This document shows positions 38,119-50,666 of a stretch of DNA of 64,000 nt, piece after piece (positions within the stretch are counted from its first letter, which is position 1; each line of letters begins with the position of its first letter). Source of the DNA: Mytilus californianus. Taxonomy: Eukaryota. The stretch is taken from NCBI RefSeq assembly GCF_021869535.1, contig NW_026262690.1, positions 68,510,001 to 68,574,000 of the forward strand. The letters are read 5' to 3'. The notes beneath the pieces are model-generated. The model saw only the letters and a list, made by a program, of their open reading frames with translations. It was not told where the DNA came from and did no database searches. Made by a program: the position numbers and the translations under genes.

Positions 38119-39115
38119 AACCTTTTTTGGACTTTTTGGGTCAGTGCAGTCTCGGACTAGGAAATGATATGAAAATTGAATGCACTTAGGAAAGACATCA
38201 TTTTTATATTTTTTTCCTTCTTTCTGTTAACTGCCTGCCTGATTCCTGTCACTGATTAATTATATGACAACATTTTACCTTATACATTGTTATGCATGTG
38301 TCCATTTCTGCACAAACGTTCAATTCTGATATTGGAATTATTACTAGTAGCTCTGACTTTACAACCTTATTGATATATATTAGAGGACTTTACTTGTTGA
38401 ATCTGAATTCCTAATCATTTTAAAATTTTGAACTTGTAAATTTTTTCATGTAAATTTTGTTGTTCCATTAGTTAGGATTAAAAAGAGTACAGGAACACAA
38501 ACATCAAACAGATGTTTACGATAACTATCTTATAATAGGAAAAAAAAAGGTATTAACAAAAATACCAAACTTTAATGTAAACTCGAAAAGCAGGAAGTCC
38601 ATAAAACCTTACTTCCTTGACTATATAAACCAACGGAACGAATGGAAAACAACCGTCATATTCCTGGCTTGGTACAGGCATTTTAAAAGAAAATGGTGGT
38701 TTAGACCTAGCTAGCTAAACTTCCCACTTGTATGACAGTTATTTATACATGTAATTTCGTTATATTGACAAAACTGAGGGAGCCACAGAAACAAAAACCA
38801 AACATTGGGTAACGTGACAATAAATGGGATCTAGCAGTCAAAGTAAAGTAAATCTTCATATGACTTATATGACTTAGTTATGGATAACGCATGAAGCAAC
38901 TGATTGTTTGTAAAAAATAATTTAATAATTCATGGCATGTGGTAAAAGATATCCAAGTTTTCGAAGAACAAAAACATATTAGTTTTACAGATCGATCATA
39001 ATCTTGCATGAATGACTCTTCATCGCCCTAGTTTAAACTGGGACTGGCCAGGCAAAGGAAACAACTTTAATAACTTTAGAACTGTATAAGAAAGTAGTTT
39101 TTGTCACTTTTTCAG

Positions 39116-39919
39116 GGACAGGTTAAGGTTTGTGTGCAACGCCTCCACTTGTAGTGATTGGATATTTCTTCCATCTTAAACGAGGACTAGCATTGGCTGT
39201 TGTAGTAAGCGGTGCAGGAATTGGCATGTTTATTGCAGGTCCTTTATTACAAGCATTACTAAATCAGTATGGACTTCAGGGGGCGTTTCCCGTATTAGGT
39301 GCTCTCTCCGGTAATCAGATCGTAATTGGAACATTAATGCGACCTTCCGACCTTGAAAATAAACACAAGAATGACCTGAAAAGGAAACGTGACATGGACA
39401 TGATGACTTCAAAGAGCAAAAACAATATATCATACACCTTAAAGAATCTCCTACATTTTGACATTTTATCAGATAAATCATTTATGTTTTGCAGCTTTCA
39501 GTATCTTCTTTGGAATATTCCGTTCTCCATTTTGCTTTTGCACTTAACAAATTATGCAGTTTTGCAAGGCTCCAGCAAAGAAAATGCGGCCTTACTAATA
39601 ACATACATAGGAATTAGTTCCGTCTTCGGTAGAATCATAACAGGGCTTTCAGTTGGACATAATGGTCTAGACCCTGTTATGCTTAATTTTGGATTTAATG
39701 GAATCATAGGGTTGTTGACAATACTATTTCCTTTATATTCCGGTACATTCCAAGGTCAAACAATTTTCGCCCTACTTTTTGGTCTCTATTCTGGTGGTTT
39801 GACATCAATGATGAACCCACTATGCATGGAACTGATTGGTGTATCCAAGGTGTCCAGTGGTATAGGAACAATGTATTTCATTGGTGGAGTTGGATATATC
39901 ATAGGGCCTCCTATTGCAG
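39116..39919 (+). pseudogene. SLC16: SLC16 copy 2 exon 3 (TAA at 39124-39126)
   Basis: ttttcag|GG ACA GGT TAA GGT TTG. The remainder is open; 17 aa differences from copy 1 over the 264-aa ORF. Confidence 0.88.
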
Positions 39920-40209
39920 GTTAGTAATGCAGTAATACTTTTCTTAAACACCGAAACTTGCACGGCGGCCGGACAATTATTAAGCTTATTTGTTCTTAAC
40001 GTTTATTTTAACGAGTATTTTCTTTCATTTAAACGAACATTCTCTGTAAAACGCTCTCATTTGAACTCGTGACATGTGTATGTGGTTTTCTTTTGTCATA
40101 TAATTAATGTTTTAGTTGTAATGATAGTTTCTATATATCAAAGTTTCATCATTTTAATACCACGATCTATAATTTTTTCTCAGCAATTCAAAGAGACTTA
40201 TTTTTTAAG

Positions 40210-40260
40210 GATTTATTGTTGACCATGGTGGTACATACGAAGATAGTTTTATATTGTGTG
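40210..40260 (+). pseudogene. SLC16: SLC16 copy 2 exon 4
   Basis: tttttaag|GATTTATT...TGTG|gtaagt. Confidence 0.85.
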
Positions 40261-41285
40261 GTAAGTGACTACAGTTTGTAAAAAATAGTTATACTGCATT
40301 ATACATGTTCTTTTCCTATCCATTCTGGGAATGTTTTGGTTAATTGTATCAAAGATTTTTGAAAATATAAAAGCTTGATCAGTATTGGAATTCGTAAATT
40401 TTAACATGGTAATGCAAGATAATTGAAACACTGTTAAATAAACCAGTTTAATGTTTAAATTTGTTTGATCTCTTTCAGACAATACCGCCAGCCAGCAGTT
40501 TGAAAAAAAGGGGGGAAACAACGAATCTAATTTTTAATATTTGATTTATTTGTTTAGCACACTTCCGAAAAACTTAAACAAAGAATTTATAAATACAGTA
40601 TTTTCTCACCTAATACTAAATAAACGACTAAAAGTATTTTTTTTTATAAAGTATTGCATACACGAGACGATTACTGTAACTGCAAATTACAAAATCTTTC
40701 ACATAGGCAGCAAAATATCAGGTTTGATTTATCAATATTTCTGTTGGCCGAAAAGCATAAAAAGTCACCTAGTTACAAACAATGACGATTAAAGCTAAAT
40801 AGTTCATTGCATATGCATTTCCAACGTAGTAAAAATATATTTGCAAAGCAGAAAAAAATGTGCATTTTGATTAAGCAAAGGACACAAAATAGACAGAAAC
40901 ATGTTCTTAATATCTATACTGCATGCTGAATGTTCAACAAAATCTGGGTACTAGAAAATACATTAAGGAAGGGATAATCCGTACTTCTGGTTTCAGCTGG
41001 GTAAATAATGTGACATTCCCGGCCGGGGGTTTATATTTCCTGAGCCATGGGATGTCACATTATATTCCCTGTCTGAGACCTGAATAATATATAATATATG
41101 ATGACAAGGTATTTGACAGAATAAATGTCGTTGTGTTAAATTAGGGGTTAGTGCAGACATTGAGTTTATTTTCTTATTTTGTTTTAAATATTGTCTTTGT
41201 TCATATGAAGAAATGTTTAAGATATATTTGGTAAGGGGAGAGGTATGCTTGTTTTATTAGAGAAAAATATGACGCCGAATATGAA

Positions 41286-41807
41286 CTGTGAACAATTTAC
41301 ATTTCTATAAAGCACCATTCCAGCAGCGCCTGCATACGGAGTTTATATCACCCAGTTGATACGATATTCCAGGGCTTGTATTTCCTATCATGATTTTCTT
41401 GATAGAGGGTTGCTGCTCACAAAGAAGCTATTAAACCAAGAGTTCCAAGTGGTGAAATTGAAATCTTCCCTTCGTAAATTCTACGGACGCCATCACGAGT
41501 TGGTTAACCGTTATGGAATTTCCGTTTCAAAGATGACAACGGATATGTTCCGATTGTCGTAGCTACAATCCCTTCCCCTTTTCCCCGAATGTGACATACC
41601 GAATTAGACTTATCACCAGGTTTGTACTAATATGAGCAACAGGACGGGTGCCACATGTAGAGCAGGATCTGCGTACCCTTCCGGAGCACCTGAGATCACA
41701 CCCAGTTTTGGTGGGGTTCGTGTTGTTCGGTCTTTGGTTTTCTATGTTGTGTTTTGTGTACTGTTGTTTGTCTGTTTGTCTTTTTCTTATTTAGTCATGG
41801 CGTTGTC
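41286..41807 (+). mobile_element. Penelope-like fragment in intron 4 of copy 2, truncated at both ends
   Basis: ORF 41356-41562 IRYSRACISYHDFLDRG... plus 3' UTR. Replaces ~130 bp present in copy 1 (~21130-21255). Confidence 0.88.
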
Positions 41808-43084
41808 ATATGATATATTAACAATTGTAAATAGACATAATGATTCAATAATTAACTGCGCTGATAGTAAACGGGCGATGTTGCAAATATTTTTAAAGAT
41901 TTACAATTCAATCATGTTGTATTCAACGTAAATTAAAAAAAATCTCTGCCTCTTATTTCCTGATATATTATTGAATAAAAGTTCTTAAAAGAAATACATA
42001 TTTGAAATGAATTCAAGGAAAATCTGTGAAAAACGTTTTTTGAATTCATCATTTACAAAACAAATGTACAAAAAGTCTTCAGAATTTATACGTTGTTGCC
42101 TAAAATATTTCGGTAGTATTGATTTGAAATAGTCCTAGGTTCATCTAAAAGCGTTACTGGGTTTTTCGACGGAAACAGTGTCGATTTTCACTATTACCGT
42201 ACATAATCTATGGGCCTTCATCGCATTAACAATTACACTAATAAATATAATGGCTTTACAACGTTTTTTTTAATTTTGGAAATCAGAAATTATGAAAATT
42301 TCGGAACTTTGTTCTTTCAAATCTCAACTTTCAATGCAGCATACACCAAAAAACGAATTATGTAACGCCATTGTTATCTTACATAACTAAAACGGAAATC
42401 TATTTGTCAATTGGAAAGGAAAATCCATGTTCTTGTTTGGGAAGAATGAGAATTCAAAGAGTAATTTGAGAACGTGTCAACCGATACAAATGTGCATATG
42501 TATCAACGTATATCTGTTTTAACAACTCTTATTCGATCACATTGAAATAGATAAAGTAGTAAAAAAAAATTTTTGGATGTTAACACACATTCGCAACACT
42601 GTTCCTTTACAGTTCATTACCAGTACGTACTGGTTTTCCTGTAAACATATTTGTACTTTTCATTGACTATAATTTATTTTTCTTTTGCTTTTTAAAAAGT
42701 AGAATACATCTAAATTTAATTTAAATGAGTATAAAAAAAACTCATCAAAGAGATACCAGGTTTATAATTATAATGACTTGCTGGTGCGTTCGGACGTTTA
42801 AAAAGTATACAATCGCAACGATACAATGCTGCTTCTTGAAAACCAAATTTACGCCTTACATTAAATTTACCATCAGTGTACAATATATCAAGTATTTTTT
42901 CTTTATATTGCGGAATCTGTATCAGTCATGTGTTGTCTTTCAGAAAAATAAAATCTAGCAGAGAAACATTTTTATCACACGGGCAGTATGAATTATATTG
43001 AAAGATAATGAAGAGTCATTAACTTCATATAAAATACATTTCGTATATGACAAATTTATTACATATTGTTTTTATATGTTCCAG

Positions 43085-43474
43085 GTATTTTATTTCTCTT
43101 GGCAGGAGTTTTTACATTGATCTCAAACAACTGGAGAATTCCAACAAAAGAGGTAGTTGTGGTATCAGCAGAGAATCTCAAAGATCCTGCATTTAGCATA
43201 CGGAATGATGAACTGCATCCTGACGCTAGCAAATCGGTGGAAATAAATCAAATATGTCATTCGAAAGACGTTATAAGCGAATACAGTGATGTTGCTGAAA
43301 AAATGCTGACGGAAGTGTGTTGACATGAAATCGTCGTACGAAAAATCAAAACATAATCTAAGAAACGGTTATAAGGCAGTTGATATACTACCTAATACGT
43401 CTGATAATGACCATATACTGCAACAGGATCTTAGTAGAGATGAATGTACTTCTATTAATGTTCAATAAATTTAA
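43085..43474 (+). pseudogene. SLC16: SLC16 copy 2 exon 5 (frameshifted)
   Basis: gttccag|GTATTTTATTTCTC. 6 A versus 7 A in copy 1 plus a 16-nt shorter segment, giving TGA at 43321. The ancestral frame continues to TAA at 43466-43468, with the copy-1-equivalent stop at 43472-43474. Confidence 0.82.
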
Positions 43475-43682
43475 GTGAAAAGTGACTTATGTATGTCTTT
43501 TATCAGCATTGTGAATGACCTTTTTGTGCTTTTTGTTAATGCACATATCAAAAGTTTGAGATGTTTTGAATAAAGATTTCTATTCACTGATTTCCTGAAC
43601 TGAGGAATCACCTTTGTTTTTGTTTGCACTTTATTTTTTACTTCAGGTATTCATCGTTTCTTGTTGAACTGTAACACCCCTC

Positions 43683-43719
<37 letters not shown>

Positions 43720-46506
43720 AACAAAACGCAAGCGAGTTGCGTGTCTCCTTTCAAACATCTTTTGTAGACAAACATTCATGCTTGACTTGAGCCTGCAAAA
43801 AACATGGTTGTATTGTAATCTATTTGCTTTCAATTTACATTTGAACATTTAACTTAATTCAATCTATCCTAATACTAATCCTAAAACTTTGTGAAGTTGC
43901 AGACGCAGTCGGTATTCGAGTTACCATTCTTGATACAGTTTCTATATAGGTAGGTCTGCGATTTCAGAAAATCAAACTTCGGAAAGGGGTCATGTGGCCC
44001 AGTGAATCAATAACATTTGTGACGTCAGTATATCGTCTGCATTACCGTTCAGAGAGTCTAAGAAGAATAAGCAGACATTTTGCGGCAGAGTATAATTCTA
44101 GGTTTTGTATAAATATTTATATTAGGTAATGTGAGAAAAACCCACGCTCCAACCTCTTGATTTGAAAATGTGTGTATTTTGTCGATATACTGCTGCTGTT
44201 TTGATTTATTTTTTCAGGTTTTAATGGTCAGAACAAGATTTCAGTTGTACCCCATGTTGTATGATGATTCGTCATAACTCACCAAGTGTGTAGAAATTCC
44301 AAGATGACTCAAGAAGAGACTTATTTGCAATATTCCGTTCACATTTTGAGCGTTATTCTACACCTTTTCTAAGGAATAAATCGTTAAATTATTATGACAC
44401 AGAAGCATTGGATCAATGAAAATTTTCATTCTCTTAGAATTCAACTAATGTTTCGAAGAACCATCTTAAGCAGATTGGCGGGAAAGCGACACAACACAAA
44501 CAATCTTGCACCATGTTCACATAATGGACTATGATATCGGTTACTGAGCTTCTGTTCCCAGGGCCAGTATACTTAAAGTCATATCAATATTCATAAATGA
44601 ACAGTAATGATAAAGTGCTCTTTTTGTACAGATCGTTCTTAATGATAATTCTTGATCCATGCTAATGTTATAATTGATCAATCGTGATCCATGCTTATCT
44701 CCTTTCAAACATATTTTGTAGAGAAACAATCGTGCTTGACTTGAGCCTGCAAAACACATGGTTGTATTGTAATCTATTTGATTTAAATTTACATTTGAAC
44801 ATTTTACTTTTTTAAAAGTATCATAGCAGGGGATTTATATAGTGTAAAATTGACATGTCAAATGATTAGGCATCATGCAATAGTAAAATGGTAAATGTCT
44901 TGCGTCGAACCATAAGACATGACCAGTTATAAATCATCTGTACATGTAATTTCCCTTATGTGAAAATTTGAAATGAGAAAAAAAAACTGTTTTCCAAGAC
45001 ATTGGATAGAAAGGATTGTTTCCAGAAGAAACAACACAGACAAATATATTCACAAATTAAAAGGCACATCATACAACTACTAAAGCATAAACAACATTAA
45101 CCCTTTTAAAATGAAACTATGGTAAACTCAGATGCTTAAAAAGAGTGAAAAGTTCCTGCTCTTCTAGTATTAATCATATAATTTAATAACCCGTGAAAAG
45201 TTGCATTCGGCAGTTCACAATAGAGGAAAAGAGGACGGATTGTTTCTACAGCAAATTACATATATCAATCATTTGTGAGTGATATTATCCAAAAGATGGG
45301 GGCGTTCGTAAAACTATCGAAGTAAATAAAACATTACTTGATTGAATGATAATACAAGGTTTTCGTTTCCTATCATGGTTATCTTGATAAAAGGTTGCTT
45401 CTAACAAAGAAAACATTGAACCAAATGTTTCTCATGATAAAGTTGTATATATATTTTTGGACACTGAACTACGTTTATCATTAGACTAATTTGTTCTCCC
45501 AAATATTTATCGTTTAAATGTTGATCAATGGGGAAAGTGGGGAAGTAAGTTTGGACGACTAATAAACCAAACAAAATTTTACATCTCATCCAAAGAAGAT
45601 AAATGTGCCGCTTAAGATATAGTTGTTAACTTATATGTCAGTTGGTCTCTGGTGGAGAGTGGTCTCATTAGCAATCATACCACATCTTCTTATTTTTACG
45701 TTTAAAATATTTTTTCAGAAAATTCTCCCGCCATGGCTATATTTTGTCTTCAGATATTATAATCACCAAAACCACTATTTAGGGGAATTGATTTTCTCGA
45801 TCTCCAAAGCATTGCAAAATCTCTAATTTTTGCTGATAGCTATAAGATAGAAATACTAGTATCGGCACATTCAGTTCTTATCATTATTATCATTATTTGA
45901 ATTGATTATAACTATGATAGTACAAGTTTTATTAATATTATTTACTTTTGTACTTATGAAGTTAATAATTCCAATTACTTGAACTAAAATCGGACACCTG
46001 TTTAATTTAAAAAAAAACGGACAGAAATATTAATTGCACAAGAGGTCATAGATTAGAGGAAATGTCACCACTTTGAGATTAAGCTGAGTCTAGCAGAGAT
46101 TGATCAACTTTGTGTTTATTTTGTCGATATAGTAGACATACCTGTTAGTACCATGTCAAGAGCATCAATCTGCCTAATGTCTTTACCTGTTGTACTGAAT
46201 ATTTTCATTCGCCTTTTTGCTATTGACCATTTTGACATTACGAATAGTTATGTACATACAAATGTATATGTAAAATATCAGCTTGGTAAAATTTGTCAAA
46301 GTGGGATAAGAAAGATTTGTAAAATATCAAAGAAAAAGTAGCTTCAAGCATATCTATCAAGGCACTGGGCATATGAAATTCAGATGTTGGATGTCAGAAA
46401 AAAATGTTACCAACATAAGAAATGGGAACTAAAATACAATGTTCATGCATATAATTATGGACGTTATTCCTTTTCATACAACAACATAAAGGTACGTTGA
46501 CAAGAA

Positions 46507-47054
46507 AAAGAGAGGCGAAAGATACCAAAATGAACATTCAAACTCATAAGTCGAAAATAAACTGACAACGCCATGGCAAAAAAAGAAAAAGACAAACAGA
46601 CAAACAATAGTTCACAAAACACAACATAGAAAACTAAAGACTGAGCAACACGAACACCACCAAAAACTGGGGGTGATCTCAGGTGCTCCGGGAGGGTAAG
46701 CAGATCCTGTTCCGAATGTGGCACCCGTCGTGTTGCTTAAGTTAGTACAAAACCGGTAAAAAGTCTAATTCGGTAGGTCACATTCGGGAAAAGGGGACAG
46801 GATTGTAGTTACGACATTAGGAGCATATCAGCTATCATCTGTAAAAAGGAAAATCCGTAACGGTCAACCAACTCGTGATGGCGTCCGTAAAATTTACGAA
46901 GGGACGATTTTAACTTCACTACTTGGAACTCTTGATTTAATAGCTTCCTTGTGAGCAGCAACCTTCGACCAAGGAAATCATGATAGGAAATACAAGCCCT
47001 GGAGTATCATATCAACTGGGAGATATATACTCCGTATTCAGGCGCTGCTGGAAT
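46507..47054 (-). mobile_element. Penelope-like 3' fragment just downstream of the copy 3 stop codon
   Basis: High similarity to 34397-34945. Flanked by TTC on the element strand. Confidence 0.9.
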
Positions 47055-47128
47055 GAATTTTGCTGGAAATTAATAAGAATCATTAATAATGTCTCACTTC
47101 ATTTTAATCTAAATTCTTATTGTGCACA

Positions 47129-47391
47129 CTATTCTGTTAAAGGAGTCTGTTCATTTGTTTTATCATCTGCAACATAATTTTGATGTGCATCTTTTTCCTT
47201 ATTACAAATTGGTGTTTGTTCCGGAAGAACTTCTACGGATATGTTCCAATTATGTAACAACTTTTCATCAAATATTTTAAAATTTGGATCTTTTAAATTG
47301 TCCAACGAAATAGTAACCTCGTGTTCATTGAGTTGACTTCTGAATAAAGTTGTACCAAGCGTAAACATGGCTGATAGGAGGAAGAGACAAC
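47129..47391 (-). CDS. SLC16: SLC16 copy 3 exon 5 (gene 54149-47129, 491 aa)
   Basis: ttttccag|GTTGTCTCTTC encodes GCLFLLSAMF...SLDNLKDPNFKI..., homologous to SLENLKDPSFSI of copy 1. Exon total 214+147+801+51+263 = 1476 nt. Confidence 0.88.
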
Positions 47392-47540
47392 CTGGAAAAT
47401 AAGAATATGACAAACCGTCAGAGATTGTAGTTCTTCACTATCAAAATACTCAACTAACCAGGGTTTCAATCGAATCAATCATTTTAAAAACTGAATTCGA
47501 TTTTATAGTTTTATTTTTATCGGCGTCTTACATAAACGAA

Positions 47541-48470
47541 TAAAATTGAGAATGGAAATGGGGAATGTGTCAAAGAGACAACAACCCGACCACAGAACAG
47601 ACAACAGCAGAAGGCCACCAACAGGTCTTCAATGCAGCGAGAAATTCCCGCACCCGGGGGCGTCCTTCAGCTGGCCCCTTAACAAATATATATACTAGTT
47701 CAGTGATAATGAACGCCATACTAAACTCCAAATTGTACACAAGAAACTAAAATTAAAAATAATACAAGACTAACAAAGGCTAGAGGCTCCTGACTTGGGA
47801 CAGGCGCAAAAATGCGGCGGGGTTAAACATGTTTATGAGATCTCAACCCTCCCCCTATACCTCTAGCCAATGTAGAAAAGTAAACGCATAACAATACGCA
47901 CATTAAAATTCAGTTCAAGAGAAGTCCGAGTCTGATGTCAGAAGATGTAACCAAAGAAAATAAACAAAATGACAATAATACATAAATAACAACAGACTAC
48001 TAGCAGTTAACTGACATGCCAGCTCCAAACTTCAATTAAACTGATTGAAAGATTATGTCTTCATCATATGAATATCAGGCACAATCCTTCCCGTTAGGGG
48101 TTTAGTATCATACCATCATAACATATATGAGAAGAACATAACCCGTGTCATGCCAACAACTGGTTTTTAAATAAATGTGTTTAGTGCCGATGCAAAGACC
48201 CTATAAGTGAATCAATATTAACGCCAAAATATGCAATCTTTAATGACCTGACAACAGTATCGTAACTATATCCCTTCTTAATAAGTCTATTTAAAGGTTT
48301 TGTTAGTTTCAGAGGTGAATACTGACATTTTTGTGCTTTATAAAGAATATTTCCATAAAAAAATGGATGTGAAATACCTGAACGTATAAGAAGTCTGCAT
48401 GTTGAGCTATATTTACGAATGATGTCCTTATACCGATGATAAAATTTAGTAAATGTTTTGACTAGTTTGT
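47541..48470. mobile_element. Apparently little-decayed interspersed repeat, class unknown
   Basis: cctgacttgggacagg...ggcggggttaaacatg (47790-47835) recurs in diverged form at ~12115-12170. No ORF; boundaries approximate. Confidence 0.45.
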
Positions 48471-49127
48471 GATATCGAAATGCATCTATTTTAGTGCAGA
48501 AGACACGGGTTTTAATGGAATGATCTTAATTGACTCATACAATTTGAAAAGCAAAATAGGGAAAAAGTTATTAACAAATAATAAGAATCATGTGAGATAA
48601 AGTTTACCTGAGGTTGTTGCACCCTAAGTTTTTAATGCAAGGCCCATTAATGATAAGCTGAAACTTTATAATAAGAATGTAGCTACTGGGAAAACGGTTC
48701 CCAGGGAGAAGTACAAAGACGTGAACTGATGTAGATGATCAGCTTAATCTATGCTTTTATTCACACAAAAACTAAAATAAATGGTTTTGAATTCAATTAA
48801 AAACTATGAACTTTAGACCTAAAGATAGCTTTAGTAGGTTGATTTTCTCTTTGCAAGATTATAGATTATTCGCGTGAATCGTCTATTAATGCTATGACTT
48901 ACCATGTTTGCTTAAATTCGTATATGTATTAATATCTAATTGTAGCCGATACTCATAGTAAGCATGATAATTTCGCTTTTAAGAGTATCAACAGGAGTCA
49001 GAGATATTCTGAGAGTTAGCCAAACGCAATTGCCCTAAATCATTGCATTTCTTTTAGATTTATTTGTATTCTAATAAAGTATTCTAATAAATTATAAGGA
49101 TGCAATTTGTTATATTATGCAGATATC

Positions 49128-49286
49128 GATTCCACCACTGCATTAAGTGTGTTACGATATTTCTCTACTCGAGACAGTTGAATTTCAAAATTTAAAACGC
49201 AAAGCTTGCCGAGCTTTTTAAATATTTAAAATTTAACTGTTGAGAGTAGAGCAATATCGTAATACACGAGATATAGTGGTGGAATC
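49128..49286. mobile_element. Hairpin MITE in intron 4 of copy 3
   Basis: gattccaccact...gtgttacgatatt.ctctactc...acagtt mirrored by aactgt...gagtagag.aatatcgtaatac...agtggtggaatc. Confidence 0.7.
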
Positions 49287-49622
49287 TGTTTTTGTAATGT
49301 TTTTTTTACGATATCTTAACAAAGTGTATCCTTCCTTTTCAAAGATTTGCAGAAAGTTTTGCTCTTTATATGTGACGTCATCAGACATGGTCGCCTTTTT
49401 TATGACGTTACAATAGCAAATTCAGAAGAAATCAAGAAAATTTTACGTCATAATTGAATTTCGACAAATCATTTGCCTAGAACAAAGTTTTCTCTAGAGA
49501 TGAGAAATACTTTTCTCACACCGATCGAGAAATGTGAAAATAGCATGAAAATTAGAGAATAGATTATCCGTCACAATGGTTGACAATATAAGGTAAATTA
49601 AAAACAAACCAAACTTTTTTAC

Positions 49623-49673
49623 CACATAAATACAGGCTTTCTTTGTATTCTCCTCTGTTGTCTAAAATCAAAC
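49623..49673 (-). CDS. SLC16: SLC16 copy 3 exon 4
   Basis: ctttacag|GTTTGATTTTAGACAAC...TTATGTG|gtaaaa. Encodes GLILDNRGEYKESLYLCG; 51 nt. Confidence 0.9.
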
Positions 49674-49865
49674 CTGTAAAGAGATTGATAGATGAGTTGT
49701 TTTTAAAAAACTAGACCCAATACCCTTTCAAAATAGTAATATCTTATCCAACATGGTAAATTAGACAATAGTTTACCAATGTTTGAATTAGAGATTTATC
49801 TAATAAACAAGAGTCTTCGGGATTTAATTTTACCTAAATGATCATATGATGAGTCATATACATAC

Positions 49866-50666
49866 CAGCTACTGGTGGTCCTGCAAGATATCCTACTCCA
49901 CCAATGAAAAATAAAGTACCGACTCCACTGGCAACCTTTTTTGCCCCAAGTAGATCCATACACAACGGACTAATCATTGTGCTCAAGCCACCAGAGTATA
50001 ATCCAAATATAACAGCAAATATGACTTGTCCTGAATATCTGTCAGAATATAAGGGAAAGAATGCAGTTGCTAAGGCTAGTATGCCATTACATCCAAAGTT
50101 TAACAAAACTGGATCTAAACCATCATAACCGACTGAAAAACCCGATATTAGCCTTCCGATAGCCGATGCTATACCAACGTATATCATAAGGAATGCAGCT
50201 GCTTCATTTGTAGTTCCTTGGATTATTGCGTAATTTATTAAATGTAGCATAAGTATAGAGAAAGCCATACTCCATAAGCAATACTGAACACAACAACACA
50301 TAAAAGTTTTATCTAAAAAAATGTCAATATGAAGAATGTTCTGTAAATCGTAATTTATACAGCATTGTCGTTTAGGTGTTGTATCTTTGCTGTGATTTAA
50401 TTTGGATTCTCTTTTATGTTTATGTTCTAATTCAGAGGGAAACATCAACGCGCCCATGACAATATTGTTTCCTCCGAGTCCAGCTAAGAACAGGAAAGTG
50501 CCTTGAAGTCCATATTCCATGATAAGATATTGCACCAAAGGACCTGTTATAAATGTTCCAATACCAGCTCCACTCATTACTATACCTATTGCAACACCAT
50601 ACTTTTTGTGGAAAAAATAAGCAATAACAGTTATGGCGGAAATCGTACTCATACCAACGCCAATAC
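49866..50666 (-). CDS. SLC16: SLC16 copy 3 exon 3
   Basis: gttttatag|GTATTGGC...GCTG|gtatgt. Contains YFFHKKYGVAIG and GYLAGPPVAG. Confidence 0.95.

Larger units (their letters stand above)
34024..43474 (+). pseudogene. SLC16: SLC16 copy 2: tandem paralogue of copy 1 with nonsense codon and frameshift
   Basis: Exons 34024-34237, 37419-37565, 39116-39919, 40210-40260 and 43085-43474 have intact GT-AG sites. In-frame TAA at 39124-39126 (TTA in copy 1). Net frameshift near 43297-43320 gives TGA at 43321-43323. Confidence 0.8.
31150..45900 (+). repeat. Segmental duplication unit B (SLC16 copy 2 plus flanks), expanded by TE insertions
   Basis: Collinear with 16190-25560. Boundaries approximate. 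Confidence 0.85.
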
